Shown: positions 63,244 through 64,000 of the stretch, piece after piece
Position numbering within the stretch: position 1 is the first letter of the stretch
Layout of the letters: each line of letters begins with the position of its first letter
Source of the DNA: Promethearchaeota archaeon
GTDB lineage: Archaea; Asgardarchaeota; Lokiarchaeia; Sigyniarchaeales; SOKP01
Length of the DNA: 64,000 nt
Reading direction: 5' to 3'
Assembly (NCBI GenBank): GCA_029838195.1
Contig: JALGVJ010000038.1
Coordinates: 1-64,000 of the forward strand
Notes under the pieces: generated by a model
The model's database searches: none
Seen by the model: only the letters and a program-made list of their open reading frames with translations
Told to the model about the DNA's origin: nothing
Translations under genes and position numbers: made by a program

Positions 63244-63651
63244 TTAAATCATCTTTTTTAGTTTATTGTATAAATTCGATAAAAAATTGAGGTGCTTTTT
63301 TAATATTTCCTGGAAATCTTCTTTCTTTACGGATCTTTGGATATTGAAAAATTTATTTAAAGAATTTTTTTCTTCAATCGTAATAATTTCAAAATAGGCT
63401 AAAATATCTTCGATAGTTCCATGTACCATACCCTCTTTTTCCATCTTTTTATATGCTACTCTCTCGGAAAGTTGATATAATTTATTTAAAAAATCGTCCA
63501 ATGTAGAATTAGCGCTTGTAAAGCAGGATTCATTCTCAAGAAACGTAGGAGCAGGCATGTCCGCTATCATTTTTAATTTAGAGAAACTATTCTCCATGGC
63601 CATTAATAAGTTTTTAATATTGTATTTTTCCTTCATGATTGTCAATACCAT
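63244..63651 (-). CDS. Hypothetical helical protein, possibly a degenerate HEPN/DUF86-like
   Basis: 135-aa helical ORF; no RxxxxH motif. Confidence 0.45.
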   Translation of the reverse strand: MVLTIMKEKYNIKNLLMAMENSFSKLKMIADMPAPTFLENESCFTSANSTLDDFLNKLYQLSERVAYKKMEKEGMVHGTIEDILAYFEIITIEEKNSLNKFFNIQRSVKKEDFQEILKKHLNFLSNLYNKLKKMI

Positions 63652-64000
63652 GTTGGATAAATTAGTAGTTGACTTAATTACTAAATTATTAAAAATTTCG
63701 ATAAATCTAATAAACGTTAAATCTTATATTTTAATTTCGGTAACTTTAAAACGATATTAAAATTAATACATTCTAAGACGAAGATAATTAATAAGTTGTT
63801 TAGATATTAATGACTAAATATAATTATAAAACATGAAGTGTAAAAAAAGAATAAATACAATATACTATAAAAAACAACCCATGACTCTCCCCCATAAAGC
63901 CTGGATTTTTGTCTTTTGGTTGGTGTAATGAATTTACGCCATAATTTCGCCCTCCTTTTTTTTAGAATTTTATTGGCCTTGTACTGAGGTCTTTTTATGG

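Noticed and set aside
4058-63760. Numerous short ORFs antisense to or nested in long genes (e.g. 4058, 10091, 15790, 28320, 29085, 55615, 60088)
   Set aside because: They overlap well-supported genes and show no motifs.
1-64000. tRNA/rRNA genes, transposases, integrases, core cas genes
   Set aside because: None recognised by eye; tRNAscan-SE and HMM searches would be needed to exclude them formally.

Overview
AT-rich archaeal DNA. The gene content (hdrCBA, mvhD, fwd subunits, archaeal NusA-like KH protein, GPH/MFS transporters, PAS kinases) fits an Asgard/Lokiarchaeia-like organism; this is an inference. Bases 1-17.9 kb form a defence/mobile island. It contains the trailer end of a CRISPR array (21 x 37-bp repeats), two intact CARF genes and a probable decayed third, a HEPN-MNT pair, ArdC, a heptad-repeat PD-(D/E)XK protein and a fused type IIG-like R-M enzyme. 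The most unusual signal is in this island: three near-identical solitary CRISPR-repeat-like hairpin units (ATTGTCCCCAYACACGTGGGGGTGAATGGAAAGT), unrelated to the array repeat, punctuate a run of small genes upstream of ardC, including two unannotated 32-aa Zn-ribbon microproteins. A fourth, degenerate unit is fused to 51 nt antisense to a nearby gene. The rest of the window is mostly metabolic: PfkB kinase, Ogg, sulfatase, H+-PPase, LeuCD-like plus ICL-family lyase, HdrCBA, UDP-sugar dehydrogenase, two-component modules, and MvhD-Fwd with a broken fwdB. It also holds a Cas4-like nuclease/nucleotidyltransferase fusion and several gene remnants. No tRNA/rRNA, cas1/cas2/cas10, integrase or transposase was recognised.
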